A DNA stretch of 64,000 nucleotides from Camelus ferus (taxonomy: Eukaryota): positions 118,174,001-118,238,000 of the forward strand of contig NC_045696.1 in assembly GCF_009834535.1 (NCBI RefSeq). Direction: 5' to 3'. The translations under genes and the position numbers were made by a program. Position 1 is the stretch's first letter. Every line of letters starts with the position of its first letter. The notes beneath the pieces were generated by a model. That model did not search any database and was not told the origin of the DNA. It was given only the letters and a program-made list of their open reading frames with translations. Of the stretch, positions 24,990 through 38,083 are shown piece after piece.

Positions 24990-25460
24990 TTTTTTTATTT
25001 GAAATATTTTATACTTTTGGAAGAATTACAAAAATAGTACTTTTCACCCATCTTCTAATAACGCCTTTAAAACCCCATAGTATAATTTCCAAAACTAAGA
25101 AATTAACTTTGGTGTAGTACTATTAACTGAATTACTGATTTTATTCAGGTTTCATCAGTTTCACTCCTAATCCCTTTTTCTGTTTCAGGATCCAGCCTCA
25201 GAACCCATGTTGCACTTATTATCCTATCTCTTTAGCCTCCCCCAGGGTGTGGTATTTCTTCAGTCTTTCTTTGTCTTCGTGACCTTGAGACTGGGAAAGG
25301 GTACCAGTCAGCTGTGCTGTAGAATCTCTCTCAGTTTGGGCTTGTCTGGTGCTTTCTTACCATGGGATTGATGTTAAACATTCTTGGGAAGGACACTACA
25401 GAGGTGATATCCTCGGTGTATCGTGTCAGTAGTATGTGATGTCTTATTACTGGTAAGGTG
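24990..25460 (-). mobile_element. Old L1MC/MD-type 3' fragment
   Basis: 'aagaattacaaaaatagtac...ctgtttcaggatcc...tctttcttgtcttcgtgaccttga...agaatctctctcagtttgggcttgtctg'. Confidence 0.7.
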
Positions 25461-25464
25461 GCAG

Positions 25465-25985
25465 CTTTATGATTTATTTATCTTAGGTGAGATTCACATA
25501 ACATGCAATTAACCATTTTAAAGTGGACAGTTCAGTGGCATTTGGTTGTTGTGCAACCCAACACCTCTATCTAGTTCCGAACCATTTTCATCACCCCAAG
25601 AAGAAACCTGTGCCCATTAATCAGTAGCTCCCAATTTCCCCCTTCCTTCAGCCCGCCACACCCCAGTCTGTTTCTGTGGTATACTAATTCTGGGTATTTT
25701 AGATGAATGGAATCATACAATAAGTGTTCTTTTGTTTCTGGCTTCTTTCACTTAGTGTAATGTTTTCAAGGCTCATCCATATTTTAGCATTTATCAAGTG
25801 CTTCATTTCTTTTTGTGGCTGAATAACATTTCATTGTTTGTATATACCACAATTTGTTACCCATTCATTTGTTGATAGACGTTTGGGCTGTCTCCTTTTG
25901 GCTATTGTGATGAGTGCTGCCTTGAATTAACATGCATGCACATGTATTTGTTGAACTGTTGGATTGTATGATAATTCTAACAAAC
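25465..25985 (-). mobile_element. L1MB-type 3' fragment
   Basis: 'gagattcacataacatgcaattaaccattttaaagtggacagttcagtggcattt...ggcttctttcacttagtgtaatgttttcaaggctcatccat'. Confidence 0.85.
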
Positions 25986-27629
25986 TTTTCTGGTTCAGGT
26001 ATTCTTTAATTTTTCTGGTTTTCATTTGATTGATCTTAACTTTCTTGTAGAATAGTAGGATACCACAAAATTGAGAGCAAAAATATTCTTTGTAGATTTT
26101 ACATGTCAGAGTGAGTTATGTTTTCAAACCTGGAAGTATTTGTCATTCTGACTGAGCTGTTTTTTTCTGGATTTGATTGTTGACGACTTTACCTGTTTTT
26201 CCCATTTATAATGATAACAAGATAGTGCTTGAGTCCATGAGTTTGTTGTATTTTACTTGTTATCAGTTGGTGGTGTATTGCTTTGTCCTTATTTTGGAGT
26301 TTATCTTCCAACATACCAGAAATGTACTACTGTAAGGCAACCCCAAAGAACAGTGTGAGGAAACTTTTAAATATTTTTTTTGTTTCAGATTTCAGATTTT
26401 TTATATAGTTTTGAACCTTCCTTTGTAATGATTTATTTTTACAAGATAGATAAATAATGTAGTCTTGATTTTTAAAATTGCTTTATACTTTTCCATTTAG
26501 CAGATAAAGAAGGAATGATAATTCTGCTAGAAATTTGGTAAGATGGTAAATGAGAAAAAAAAACTCCTCGACCTAAGAATAGATCAGATCTATAAAGGCT
26601 GTTCTTTAGTCTAGTTTTCCTTAATCTTGAGTGACTGAGGAACTAATGTGTGGTTCCTGAATGGATTTCCACCATAGGACTATGAGTTGGCCCTTCAGTG
26701 ACTTAAAATAAAGTCTTTGGTCTTTAGGTCATCTTGTTCCAAAACGACCAGCTTCTTTTTGCCGAAACTCTGTTGGCCCAGGAAATCTCCCTTTCCCCAC
26801 GTGGTGGGAAGCTCCGGCAGACCTGAGGCTTTTCAGGTAGAGTCAAAGGAGTCTTGAAACTTCTAGTTTTGGGTGAGAGTTTCAACTTTTGCATTTTCAG
26901 CCATCTTAGGCTTAAAGTTCTAGAGTAAGACTCATGGTCTACTGTTGATCTCACGGTAGACATCTGGTGTTGACACAGGTCTTGTAGCCAAATGGTCTTC
27001 ATTGTAGTGGGAAGAAAAATTTGGAATTTTTATGGAGTAGAGTGAATTAACGGATGAAGAATTTGTGAACAACTTGAAGCTACAGAAAGTTTGTTTCTGT
27101 TAGCAATTCTTAGAAGTCGGACAGTACTGTGAGGGCCTAGACTTACAGTTCGGGTGATGTAACTTATGGTAGAGAGATACTTCTGATGAGGTAGCATGTA
27201 TCCCCTACACCAGTGTCACTCCTAGTGTGTGGAATAGGGGAGCAGACTTAAACTTAATACTCCTGTTCTTTGAAGTTCAGGTTTTTTCTCTCCTCTCCCT
27301 CGTGTCTTGGTCGTCTAGTAGTTAATTGTCTAATGATTTGCAGTGCCACTTGGTTGTGAAACTGTCTCGAGTTATTGCAGAGCTTTGGGCAGCTGGGATG
27401 ATGACATTTAAATGCTGGGCTGCATATTTAGGACTTAGAGTGTCTGTAATCTGGGATACTTGCTGATAACAAAGCCATTGATACTTATAAGCATTCTCAT
27501 TTTTGGAAACTCATATTTTTTTTTAGAATGGGGAATGTGTTACTTTTTTGAGTGTTCAATTTTTAAATAAAAATGTTTATGAATTTTAGAGATGTAAAGA
27601 GATTTAAATGATATTTAAGAATTCTTTAG

Positions 27630-28060
27630 GTACACCATGGTGACTATACATAGTTAGTAATACTGTATTGTCTGTTTGAAAGTTGCTATATTTGAGAGTA
27701 GAGCCAGGAAGTTCTCAGCACAAGAAAACGAACTGTAACCATGTGTATTAATGACATTAATAGACTTATTGTGATCATTTTGCAGTATATACTAATATCA
27801 CTATGTATAAAATAAATAAGCTACAAGGATATACTGTACAACACAGGGAATATAGCCAATATTTTACAATAGCTAAAAAGGGAATATAGCCTTTAAACAT
27901 TGTGAATTACTGTGTTGTACACCTGAAGGTTATTCATATTGTTCATCAACTATACCTCAATAAAAAATAAAAATTAAAAAAAAATACTAATATTGAATCA
28001 TTGTATGGTACACCTGAAAGTAACATAATGTTATATGTCAATGATATCTCAGAAAAAGAA
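27630..28060 (+). mobile_element. L1MA-type 3' end interrupted by a nested younger L1 3' end (27799-27983)
   Basis: Host 'catggtgactata...gtttgaaagttgcta...gttctcagcacaagaaaa' resumes after the insert. The insert 'aagctacaaggatatactgtacaacacagggaatatagccaata...tatacctcaataaaaa' is flanked by atactaatat (27789-27798, 27984-27993). Confidence 0.85.
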
Positions 28061-28104
28061 AAATTTTTTAAATTCTTTTAATTCAGATGAATCTGATAAC
28101 TTCC

Positions 28105-28190
28105 TTTTTTTTTTTATTGAAGTATAGTCAGTGACAATGTGTCAGTTTCTGGTGTACAGCATAATGTCCCAGTTTTGCATATATATATTC
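28105..28190 (-). mobile_element. Short young L1 3'-end fragment
   Basis: Poly-T followed by 'attgaagtatagtcagtgacaatgtgtcagtttctggtgtacagcataatgtcccag'. Confidence 0.85.
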
Positions 28191-28959
28191 TTTTACTTTT
28201 AGTCATAATAATTAAGAACTTCATCCAATTCTTGAAAAAGGGAAGATAAAAGAATATTTTTATTAACAAGAAAAATTACATGCAGCGATCCCAAGAATAG
28301 TAATGGTAAACCTACCCTGTTTTTCACTGGTAGATAGTGACTGAATTGATGATAGTATCAGGAGTATGATAATAAAATGAAATTTCTATATGTGAACACA
28401 GTATAAAATCTGAATGTTTGTTTCTTTAGTCAGAAGGTGGGATTGTTTTGTATCATGAAGTTTAAAAGGAATATGGTAGTCAGAGATGCTGTACCTTAAG
28501 TAACTGTTATAACACATGCATTCACCACTTTGCACGTTAAGCCATCAGCTAAGACTTCAGAATCACATCAATGGGTACATACATTAAAGATGATCCCACT
28601 GAAAAAAAGGGAGTGAAATTCCTTTAGCAGCTTTAAACCGGGGGTAAAGAGGGGAGTACTTTTGTAAATACAGAGCCACTGTGTGTGAGCCCTGCTTTGG
28701 AGGCCTGACACTAAATTCAAAAGTGTAACACATTGTTTTCTCTTCTTTAAGGAGATCCATTTGGCTTGTCTGGAGTGTTCTCTCTCCCCGTCTCCCCTCC
28801 TCTGTCACTTGTGAATTTTTCCTTATGAGTAGGAAAGAAGTTAAAATCACTTTTAGCCATCTGAAATTATTGCTTTATTATATTACTGTTAAAATTTATT
28901 ATGCTGATAACTTAAAAATGTCTTATTTAATCATATGCATATCTGTATGCGTGTATCCA

Positions 28960-29692
28960 TCATAATGATCAGAATCCAGCATTTCTGCTGCTTACCCTGC
29001 TCCCAGCACCGCTCTCTCTCACTGGACTCAGCAGAGTCTGTAGCTGACTTCTTTGTATACCAGCCTCTGTCACCAACAAGTGTGTTCTCTGCATGGCAGC
29101 AAAGTGATACCTCGGTGATGAAGGTCAGGTCAGGCTACTCAAAAATTCCACTTTCTTGTTCATTAATCTCTAAAATCTTACAGCTAGCTTTAAGGCCGTA
29201 TCACTCGACTCCCCTGCAACCCTCTCTCATCCTTTCCCTGACTGCAGTCACAGCGGCCGGGGTGGGTTCTTCCGGCAGATGAGTGTCCGCCCCTGCAGGG
29301 TCGCTGCCCCTGCTCTTCCCTGTGTCTGGAAGGCTCTTCCCTTGGGTAACACAGGACTCTTTTCTTCACTTTCTTCAGGTCTCTTCTCAGATACCACCTG
29401 GTCAGAGAAGACCTCTTTGAAGACCACCTTGTATAAAATCATGACCTCGTTCCTTTCTCCACACCCACCCTCTCGCGTTCCCTGTACCCTGCTTTACTTT
29501 CTTCTGAAGCCAGTATTATCTGAGGTAGTGTGTATTTATTTTTGTGTTTTGTTTTGTTTATGATCACCCTCTTAAGAATGTCACTTTCATGAGGGCAGGA
29601 GCTCTGTTTGATTTTCTCAGGAATATCTAGCTCGTGGAACTATGCTTTGCGCACACTGTGTTGTTTATCTCTTGAGTGAATGAATGAATGAT
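28960..29692 (+). mobile_element. L2 LINE 3' fragment
   Basis: Pyrimidine-rich L2-like body, 'catgagggcaggagctctgtttg' and terminal 'gagtgaatgaatgaatga'. Confidence 0.75.
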
Positions 29693-29699
29693 TAAATAA

Positions 29700-31030
29700 G
29701 TGGAGGAGCATCCCAGGCAGATGTGAAAAGCAGTGGTTGTTTAAGGAACTGAAAGTACCTCGCTGTGCATTTGAGGTGGGTGAGGAAGTGATAGCTCTTT
29801 CTTCCTCTTTGTTCTCGGGCTGTTACGTGTAGTATTGTCAGCTAGGCTACAGACGGTAGACTTAGACTTTGTCCTGGGGTATCATGGATGCGTTGACAGT
29901 GCGATTCACACTGATAGACTACCCATGTGATCAGACTAGCAGTTTAGAAAGTCTGATTGCTAAACATGAATGAATTAGTGAGGAGCAAGACCATAGGCTT
30001 GGTGACCATTTAGTGGACAGTAGTCCTGGGGCATCACAGTGGTTCCTGAACTAGACTAGTCATATCAAGATGAAAAAAGTGGACAAATTCAAGAGATATA
30101 CCATATTTAGGAAGCAGGCCTAGTAACTGATTAGATGTGGAGCAAGAATGAGGCAGAAGAATCTGCCATGTCTGGCTAGGTGTGTGGGATGCTATTCAGA
30201 GATAAGGCGCAGGTTTGGAGGTACATGGTTATGGATATTTGAGTCCAGAAGGTGTTTGGAGTGTTGCATTAGTTTACTAGGGCCACAGTCTGAAAGTACC
30301 AAAAACTGGGTAGCTTAAAACAGAAATTTATTATCTCAGTTCTAGAGGCTAGAAGTCCACAGTCTAGGTGTTGACAGGGCCGTGTTCTCTCTGACTCTCT
30401 GGGAGAGACTCCTCCCTTACCTATTCTAGCTTCCGGTGTTTGCTGGCAATCCTGGACCTTCCTTGGCTTGCAGATGGCCATCTCTCCACTGGGTGTCTTC
30501 ACGTAGCCTTCCTTCTGTGGATGTGTCTCCATCCATGTCCAGATTTCCCCGTTTGATAAAGATACAAGTCATATTGGATTAGGGTCAACCCTAATGTCCT
30601 CATTTTAGCCTGATTACCTCTGTAACATGCTATGTCCAAATAAAGTCACATTCTGTGCTACCAGGGGTCAGGACTTCAACATATCTTTCATTGCTGAATG
30701 GTAGAATATTACCAAAAATGAACAGGATGTGATGAATTGAATTAACATAGGGTAGGAGGATAGGAGGAGAAAGAGGTAACTTCACTGAGGGTTTGCTGGC
30801 CCGTGGGAAGGGTAGGGGAAGGAAGGACAGTCCAGGCAAGAGGGGGAGGGAAGTGAGTTATGTTGTGAGCCTGCTGAGTCGGGAATTGAGGTGATAGCCA
30901 CGTGGCTCCGTGATCTAGTCAGAATTCAGGGAAGAGATGTGCATCTAGGTAAGGGCTTTGCCAAGAGAATGTCTGGGTTTTTCTAGGCAGAGAGGAGAGA
31001 GCGAGGAGAGCCAGGGCTGAGAAGGAAGCT
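29700..31030 (-). mobile_element. Degraded antisense L2 fragment split by the MLT1 LTR at 30262-30690
   Basis: Purine-rich L2-like motifs 'gagcatcccaggcaga', 'aaggaactgaaag', 'aactgattagatgtgga'. Confidence 0.5.
30262..30690 (-). mobile_element. MLT1C-like MaLR solo LTR
   Basis: 'aagtaccaaaaactgggtagcttaaaacagaaatttattatctcagttctagaggctagaagtcc...gtcatattggattaggg...ggggtcaggacttcaacatatcttt'. Confidence 0.9.
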
Positions 31031-33109
31031 AAAGAGAGCTTTGCTTTGCTGAAATGGATGCCTTCATCCATTATAGAAACAAAATCTCTTGAGAGGATCT
31101 AACCCTTTACTCTAAATGTCAGTTCTAGTAACGTCTAGATAGTGGATTTAGTAGCTGGAGTGGTCGCTGCTTGAACAGAAGTAGAGTTACCAGTTCCTGA
31201 CAGCTGCGAGTCAGCCTCTGGGCATCTTGCTAAATTTTCAAATATAATTATACAGTAGACTTCCTTGAACAAATTCTGTGTTCCCAGCTATAATTATAAC
31301 TGCTTTTCTTGCCTATAGCCTGTTCTTTGTCTTACTACTCTCCTCCTCATCTCCCCCTGCTGGTTAGAAATATCCTCTGGTCATTTGGGATCTGAGAAAA
31401 TAGGAAGGATTTACAGCAGTTTTCTTTCCTAATCATAGACTGACCAGTGCACACCAACCTCCTCCTTTCCACTCAAGTCTAAAATACATGTCCACTAATG
31501 AGAAGCCATGTTTTAGAGCACAAACTAGCAATATTCTATATTAAATAAATATTTATTTTCAAATAGAAATTTGGAGATAGAAATTAGGTACGTTGTACAC
31601 TCTTCTCTGCAGCTGCCAGAAGGTGACCACCGTGGCTTGTCCACTGCTCCAAGTAACAGTTAAGACTCTTAAATAAAATCTCCTTCATGACCATGTGTTA
31701 GACCAAGAGTTGTTGTGCTTGTTATTTAATAAATTAAGGTCTGTAACCAAAGGTGAAGTCATCATAAATCCTACAGCCATAATCCTGTAAGAGTTTCTAG
31801 GACTCATCATGACAGTAATTTGTAAAATCAGAAATATGAGTGGCATTTCCTGTTTTCTCATCTATTTTTATCACCCAAATATCCAGTGTGAAAATAAATC
31901 ACTTTAAAATGTGATTTGTTGTCCTTTACAAATATATTGTAGTTTGGGGGTGATAAACTTCAAGGACGTATTTCCATGTCATTTAGATTATAATCTAAGT
32001 CATTTTAATGTCTTTCTTAAGAAATAACTAAAATGTATAGGTTTTTGAATGTGCGGAAGAAGAGATATGCTTGAACTTTCAGCCTGCGGTGGAAGTAGTC
32101 CAAAAGGAATTACGGACCTGTGTCAATTCTATATTATATGTGTGTTGTTTGTCCCTAATTCTTTACTAAAAAATACTTGAGTATTTGCTATGTGTTAGTC
32201 ACTGTGCTTGTTGCTAGTTTACTGAGGTTTTAGTTTGAAAAACTAAATTAAAATGATACCCTTATAATGGTAGAGGTATACTTGAGAATAAACAGTAGTG
32301 TATTGTTGTCTATTAAAGTAATTCTGAGTATTCTGGGCAGCTTTAAATATTAAAAAATAGGACGTCTCTTATACAATAATTGGTTGACATTTTTTGACCT
32401 CTATGTAAAGCTGCAGTATTTAATGAACAAACAAGGAGAAGAAAGTTTTGATAAATAAGGCATTCTCTGGAAACATTTAGAAATAAGCTTGAAATCTTTT
32501 AGCATGAGATTTGCAGGTATTTTTGTGTGTGTGTGAAAGAGTATGTGAATAAGGTTATGTGTCATGTCTGTATCCTGTCATAGGAAAAATAGTGTCTTGA
32601 AAAGCAGAGCTTTGGAATTCACCGTTCTGAGAGATCTCTGATCCGTACCAGTGTGACTGCTCATGCGGTGAGGTTTCAGGTTGAGGAATGAGATTAGATT
32701 TGCAGGGGCAGAATATTTGCTGTCCTTGTTGTTTTGGTTTCCGAGGAACGCTTACCCCTTAGCCTCAAATGTGCTGTGGTATTAGCTACTTTAAAATAGA
32801 TTACTCAAGACTCTTTATTTGGAAAACCTTAAATATGCATCGTGATGCATTACTTGCGATAAAAAATGAGGCTACAATTATGTGAAACAAAACACTACAG
32901 CTGCTGACAGATGTCATTAACAACTTACTCAGACACAGATCCTTCAGAAGGGAACTGCTAGACATCTGATTCGGTGAGTTGAGGTCATTAGCTCAAGATG
33001 GAATACTGTTGTCCAGGACATTGATTGTTTTTGTCTTTTGGCTTCAGCCTTCTGATTATTTATTGGGACCTTGGTGTTTGATGTAGTCTAAAAACTATTC
33101 TTCTGAATT

Positions 33110-33475
33110 ACAATGAATAAATGGAGAAGGAATGAGGGAAATAGTAAATCACCATGGTAAACGCCACAGTAATAGTTGTAGGCAGGATCCATTCCTGGAT
33201 GCCAAAAATAGGGGGAAAGTTTGAGGACAAACAGCGTATTTGCAGTCTAAAAGTATCTCTCCAAGACATTTAATAATCACAAAGGGAAAAATAGTGACTT
33301 TGCAGGAGATAAAGCTGGCAGTGTTGAACCCATGTTAACTTTGTGGCTTTGATACCTGTACTGTAATTACACATGATGTTAGCATTAGAGGCGCCTCGGT
33401 GAGCAGTATATAGGAACTCTACTGTTTTTGCAACTTTAAGCATAACATTATTTTAGAGTAAAATGTTTTAAAAAG
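33110..33475 (+). mobile_element. Old L1MB/MC 3' fragments
   Basis: 'atgatgttagcattagagg...gtatataggaactctactgtttttgcaact...gtaaaatgttttaaaaa' is a typical L1M 3' terminus. Confidence 0.65.
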
Positions 33476-35061
33476 CCCATTCTTCTGGAAGTCTGGTCTA
33501 GTGCTCTCATGCTTCTGTGAGACTGTGAAAGGTGCTCCTCTATTATAACGAGGTATCTTTGGTTTTAAAAATAATTACTTTGGACAAAGTTCAGGTTAGA
33601 CATCTATTACAACAAATTTTCTCAGTGCCCTGTTGCTGACTACCATTTGTTGCAGCATTTCCCATAATCATCTTTTAGTAGCAATTGTAGAAATGCCCAA
33701 GTTGTCTTAAGTTGTATAGAGATGTTAGTTGATCTCTGCTGTAGTCACTGAACCAACCTATGGAAGAATTTGAAGATTAGCAATAGATGACATCTGAAAG
33801 CGACACCAGAGTGAATAAATAGGAGGTATCTGGGATTCTGTTCCATCATGAGTTTACACACATGCACAAAAATGTGGTCGCTTGTTTCCAACGTGTGAAA
33901 TACAGGTAATACAGGGTTTCCAAAGTTTGTCCTTTTTCATACAAACCACCACACTTTAAATGGGTTTCAGCTAAGAGAAGAAATCTCTGGAAAGTGGGAC
34001 ACAGAATCAACTTTCTGTTCTATTTTGTAAGTAAAGCAGATCACTTGTCAGCCATTTGAGATTAGAGCTGCACAGTAGCCTTTATAAATAAAAATCTGCA
34101 GTGCCACTGTCTATATGGAAAAGCATTATTTCTACTTACACAGAGGAGGTTTATGCCTACTGTTGCAAATAACCACTACCAGACTGAACTTATTGAGATC
34201 AGTGGCTCTGTTACTTTTCACGAAAAATGTCCATCTAATAAAGCCTGGTGATAAATTCATACTGACTGACTGACTGAATGAACATGGAGACTGTGTAAGG
34301 TGGACTTCCACATTAAATGTAAAATTCAGATGTTCATAATAATGCAACTTTAGGGTTGAATATTTAGACTCCAAACCATCAAAAGTGGCAGTTTTCTGGA
34401 GAAGTAACTCCTTTCTACAAATCTGTACTTGTAATTAAGTGCATCTCACATTTCATATTTGGCAATGTGACAATACTCTGAGTATTTCCATGCCTAGATT
34501 TGTTGCATTGTGTGTCAGCAGCAGGGTGGATTTTAGTGATGGCTGGGCGCACGTAGCCCCTGGAACATTCCTTAGAGAGTTGACAGTTTTTTTTTTTTTC
34601 CTAATAATTTGAAATTAAAGGAATAGAGAGAGTGAATGAAGAAGTCTCCTGTTTCTGGCATATAATTCTTAGCAATCTTATAAAAATTATTCTAGCCAGA
34701 AAATATTTCCAAAATACATTTATTAGTATTATTTATATTGTAAAGATAATTTAATGGCATAGCCAATTTGTGTCATTAGCCAGCTTAAAACATACTCTTT
34801 AGAGGAGTACATATGAATATATTTATTGGAATACACATACTGAAATCAATGGCTTCTGCTTTGTTAAAAAGTTGATGATTTTACATTGTTACAATTATTT
34901 GTTTTAATATACCCCCTTAACCCTCTTTGACAGAAAGGTGTACTTTAAAAATGTTGTGTTTTTACTGGTTTAATAAGTGGTTCCTCTTATCCTCATCAAG
35001 GCATGTTATGTTTAGCCCAGTCAGTGCGTTTTCAAAGTCATTTATAAAAGCAGATTTGGTT

Positions 35062-35812
35062 ATATTTTCCCAGAGTGCCCCGCAAGCCAAAAGGCACATG
35101 GAGCCATGTCTCCTGAGACCCGGGTTGAGGTAAGGTGGCAGGCTCGCAGTGGGCCACTGTGCAGGGATGCGAAGAGGTATGCCTAGAAGCAGATGTTAAA
35201 GGCACTTTCTCTTTAGATCATCTTATTTCATACTGCATGATAAGCATCTTGATTCACCATGGCATTAGCAGCAGTAAAATGGGCGATATCATGCAGGACT
35301 GTCTTTAAACGTGTACTTCCAGGTCAGAACAGAGCCTTATACTGTGTTTGTTATAAATCCACGTGTTCTTCTCGTCCAGATAACTGTAATTGCAAAGTAG
35401 AGCTTGCTTCGACAACTGATGGCAAGACAATAGTATGCTATCACCCTTCTGTGGACATTTCCTTTGAACACACAAAACCTATCCCTCGGCCAGATCCTGT
35501 GCACGGTAATGAAGAAACACATGACTGAGCACTAAAAACTAGATTAGAAGAAGAAGGCGAACACTTTGAGCAAGGACCCACAACAGAACAACTTAGCAAA
35601 GTGCTCTTTACTACTAAGCACCGTTGGTATCCTTATAGACAGTGTCACAGATGTCGTAGGGAACTGGAGTCTCCAAAAGACAGATGACATTGAGATTTTC
35701 AGGACTCAGAGAAATGTAATCCTGCACCTTATTTACCATTTGAGAAAATGCAATTGAGTATATTCATTAATATGTTACATAGGAAAATAATAAGATGTCT
35801 TTTCGTATTAAA
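35062..35812 (+). pseudogene. MRPL42: Processed pseudogene (retrocopy) of mitochondrial ribosomal protein L42
   Basis: Intronless CDS-like region 35259-35687 (142 codons plus stop) reads [11 protein letters not shown]...[84 protein letters not shown], colinear with mammalian MRPL42 as I recall it. One in-frame TGA at 35526-35528, a short A tail, and TSD aaaagcagatttggtt (35046-35061) / aaaagtagatttggtt (35813-35828). Confidence 0.97.
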
Positions 35813-36124
35813 AAAAGTAGATTTGGTTTGCATACTCTGAACTCTGGAGAAGTAACCATGTGCATGCAGTTGGCTGCGGGCAGAAGGGAAGGCTAATTTT
35901 TTTCTGTGTTTAAGTACTACAGGATGTCTGTAGGAAACAAATTGCCTAAAGTCTCATTTATTCTTTTGCACGTTATAGTGTCTAAAGGAACCATTAATAG
36001 TAGGTGGAAGAAAGTATTTGTAATTTTAATTTATTTTTTATGAGGAATGTAGGCTTTATATTGAAAATACATAATTTTAATGTTATAAGATACATTCATT
36101 CAGTTTAAAACTTGGGGTGGATTG

Positions 36125-36280
36125 GGAAGTTGATGGGGGTTTGGTTCTAACTCTGCCTCCTACTCTCCCTGGGATTTTAAACAAGTCAGTTTGTCTTTCT
36201 GAATCTTTTTTCCTCATCTATAAAATATTGATGTTAAGAATAACTCTACATTATGTGGTTTGTGAGGATTACATCAACTA
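36125..36280 (+). mobile_element. MIR SINE fragment
   Basis: 'ggttctaactctgcctcctact...acaagtca...ttcctcatctataaaat...gtttgtgaggattaca'. Confidence 0.7.
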
Positions 36281-36990
36281 AACATGGTCATGTATGTATG
36301 ATAATACTGAAGTGCCAGGGCAGGTTGCCTGACTCCACTTCAGATCTGTGAACAGCGCCTCCTGGAGACCCGTCGAGCACTGTGCTTGGAACACGATGGT
36401 CAAGCTCTGTCGGCTCTGATTTTTTGATGAAAATATGCCTGTGAAAGGGTGTTGTGAGTTGTAGTTGTGAAAAAACAAATATAAAAAATATTTAAATGTT
36501 AAAACACGGTTAACCGAATTGATGAAGTTTATATCACAAACCCCAAATCTGTACAAACTAACTCATTGAGATCTTACTTAATGATTAATAATATCTGATT
36601 TTGAACCAATAAAAAAAAGTAATACTATGTAATACTGTTCGCAAGCATCAGATTTTGGGCCATTTCAAATCATTTCTTTTTATTTTTTTGTGGGGGAAAA
36701 AGTCATTAGTCTGCATTTATAATCAGGACTAGCTTCCTGTAAAATTATTTATTTTAACTTTTTATTTATAGATTTTGAAATTTACAATTCTAAATACAGC
36801 AATAGTAAGGCACTGCATTTTTGCAGGAAACAAAAAGCACAATTAACATAAAGTCAGAGCCAGCCACAAATAAAATATTCCAGCAAACTGTGTAAGGAAA
36901 AAAAAAATGCTCTGGGAAGCAGATGCCAAGAAATGTTGCAAAGGTGGCCTTATTACATTGGAAAGAAAAGAATACAGAAGGGTTAGTAGT

Positions 36991-37040
36991 AAGGGGAGGA
37001 GGAGGAAGAGGAAGGGGGAGGAGGAAGAAGACGAGGAGGG
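36991..37040. repeat. GGA/GAA-rich low-complexity tract
   Basis: 'ggggaggaggaggaagaggaagggggaggaggaagaagacgaggaggg' seen directly. Confidence 0.85.
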
Positions 37041-37044
37041 TAGG

Positions 37045-37280
37045 TAGCAAATAACATTGAACGAGCACTTACTAAGTGCCAGACACTGGTAGTTCTAAGC
37101 ACTTGATGCAGATCTCTCATTTAATCCTCCCAACTACTTTAAGAGTTAGATCCCCACTTTACAGATGAAGTTGCTGAGGCTCGGAGACTGAAGTAACTTT
37201 TCCTAAAACACAATAGCCAGAGTGCAAACTCAGGCTTTTGGGCTCTGAAAGTCATGCTCTCAACTACTATGTGTACTGCA
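37045..37280 (-). mobile_element. MIR SINE
   Basis: 'gagcacttactaagtgccagacactg...tctcatttaatcctc...ccccactttacagatgaag...ctgaggctcggagactgaagtaactt'. Confidence 0.88.
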
Positions 37281-38083
37281 TGGCTACCATCTACTCAGAA
37301 TGTAGTTTGTACATATTTCGTGAATAATTTTTAATGGTATCATGGGATTCTCTTGGCTTGAGGGTATTGATTTGGCCTTTTAAAAAAGTAATTGGTAAAT
37401 TGTTACAATCCCTGATACCCTCAAAAGTAATAACCCTCTCAAGAATACTTTAGTAATAAGACCTTAACTGTCTTTGCAGATGGGTTTTTTTTAACATTCC
37501 CTCCATGTATGAGTAATTTCATTTACATACTTCTAAGTTTTAATAATTGTCAACTTAAGTAAATGGATGAAAGCATAGGAATGGTGAAGTGTGGGTGTGG
37601 GATTGTGTCTCCAGTCTTTTAGGCAGGGACTGTTCGTGAATTTTTGTACTTTAGCAGACTGTCCTGTGCCTAGTGGACCTATTTTATTTCTTTAACAGAA
37701 TCTCACATAGAAGGAGCTTTATATCTAATTGCTACCTCACCATGGTCAAGAAGAAAGAGGGCCAGTTGTGTAACCTTGCTCTCAGCAGAGTGCAGAATTG
37801 GCTGAAGCAGGGATGGTGAACGTGCAGCCTCCGTGCACCCCCTTTCCTTTGCTTGTTGCAGACCTCCACTCGTGGTGTACTTTCTGGCTTAACCACAAGG
37901 CGGTTTCAGAATGTTCTTAGCTTTAGGGAGCCATTACTGGTCAACCAGAGTTTCCAGGGATGAAAACCTATCTGCTGTTGCTGGAATAGACAGTTTGGGA
38001 TGAATACTAATAGTTCTGTACCTTTTTCCTGCATGTCTAGGATTTGATGTAGCCTAAGCTTAAGAGAGCTGACTTACTATCTT

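Noticed and set aside
35566..35757. Separate ORF downstream of the MRPL42-like ORF
   Set aside because: An out-of-frame reading of the pseudogene's 3' half.
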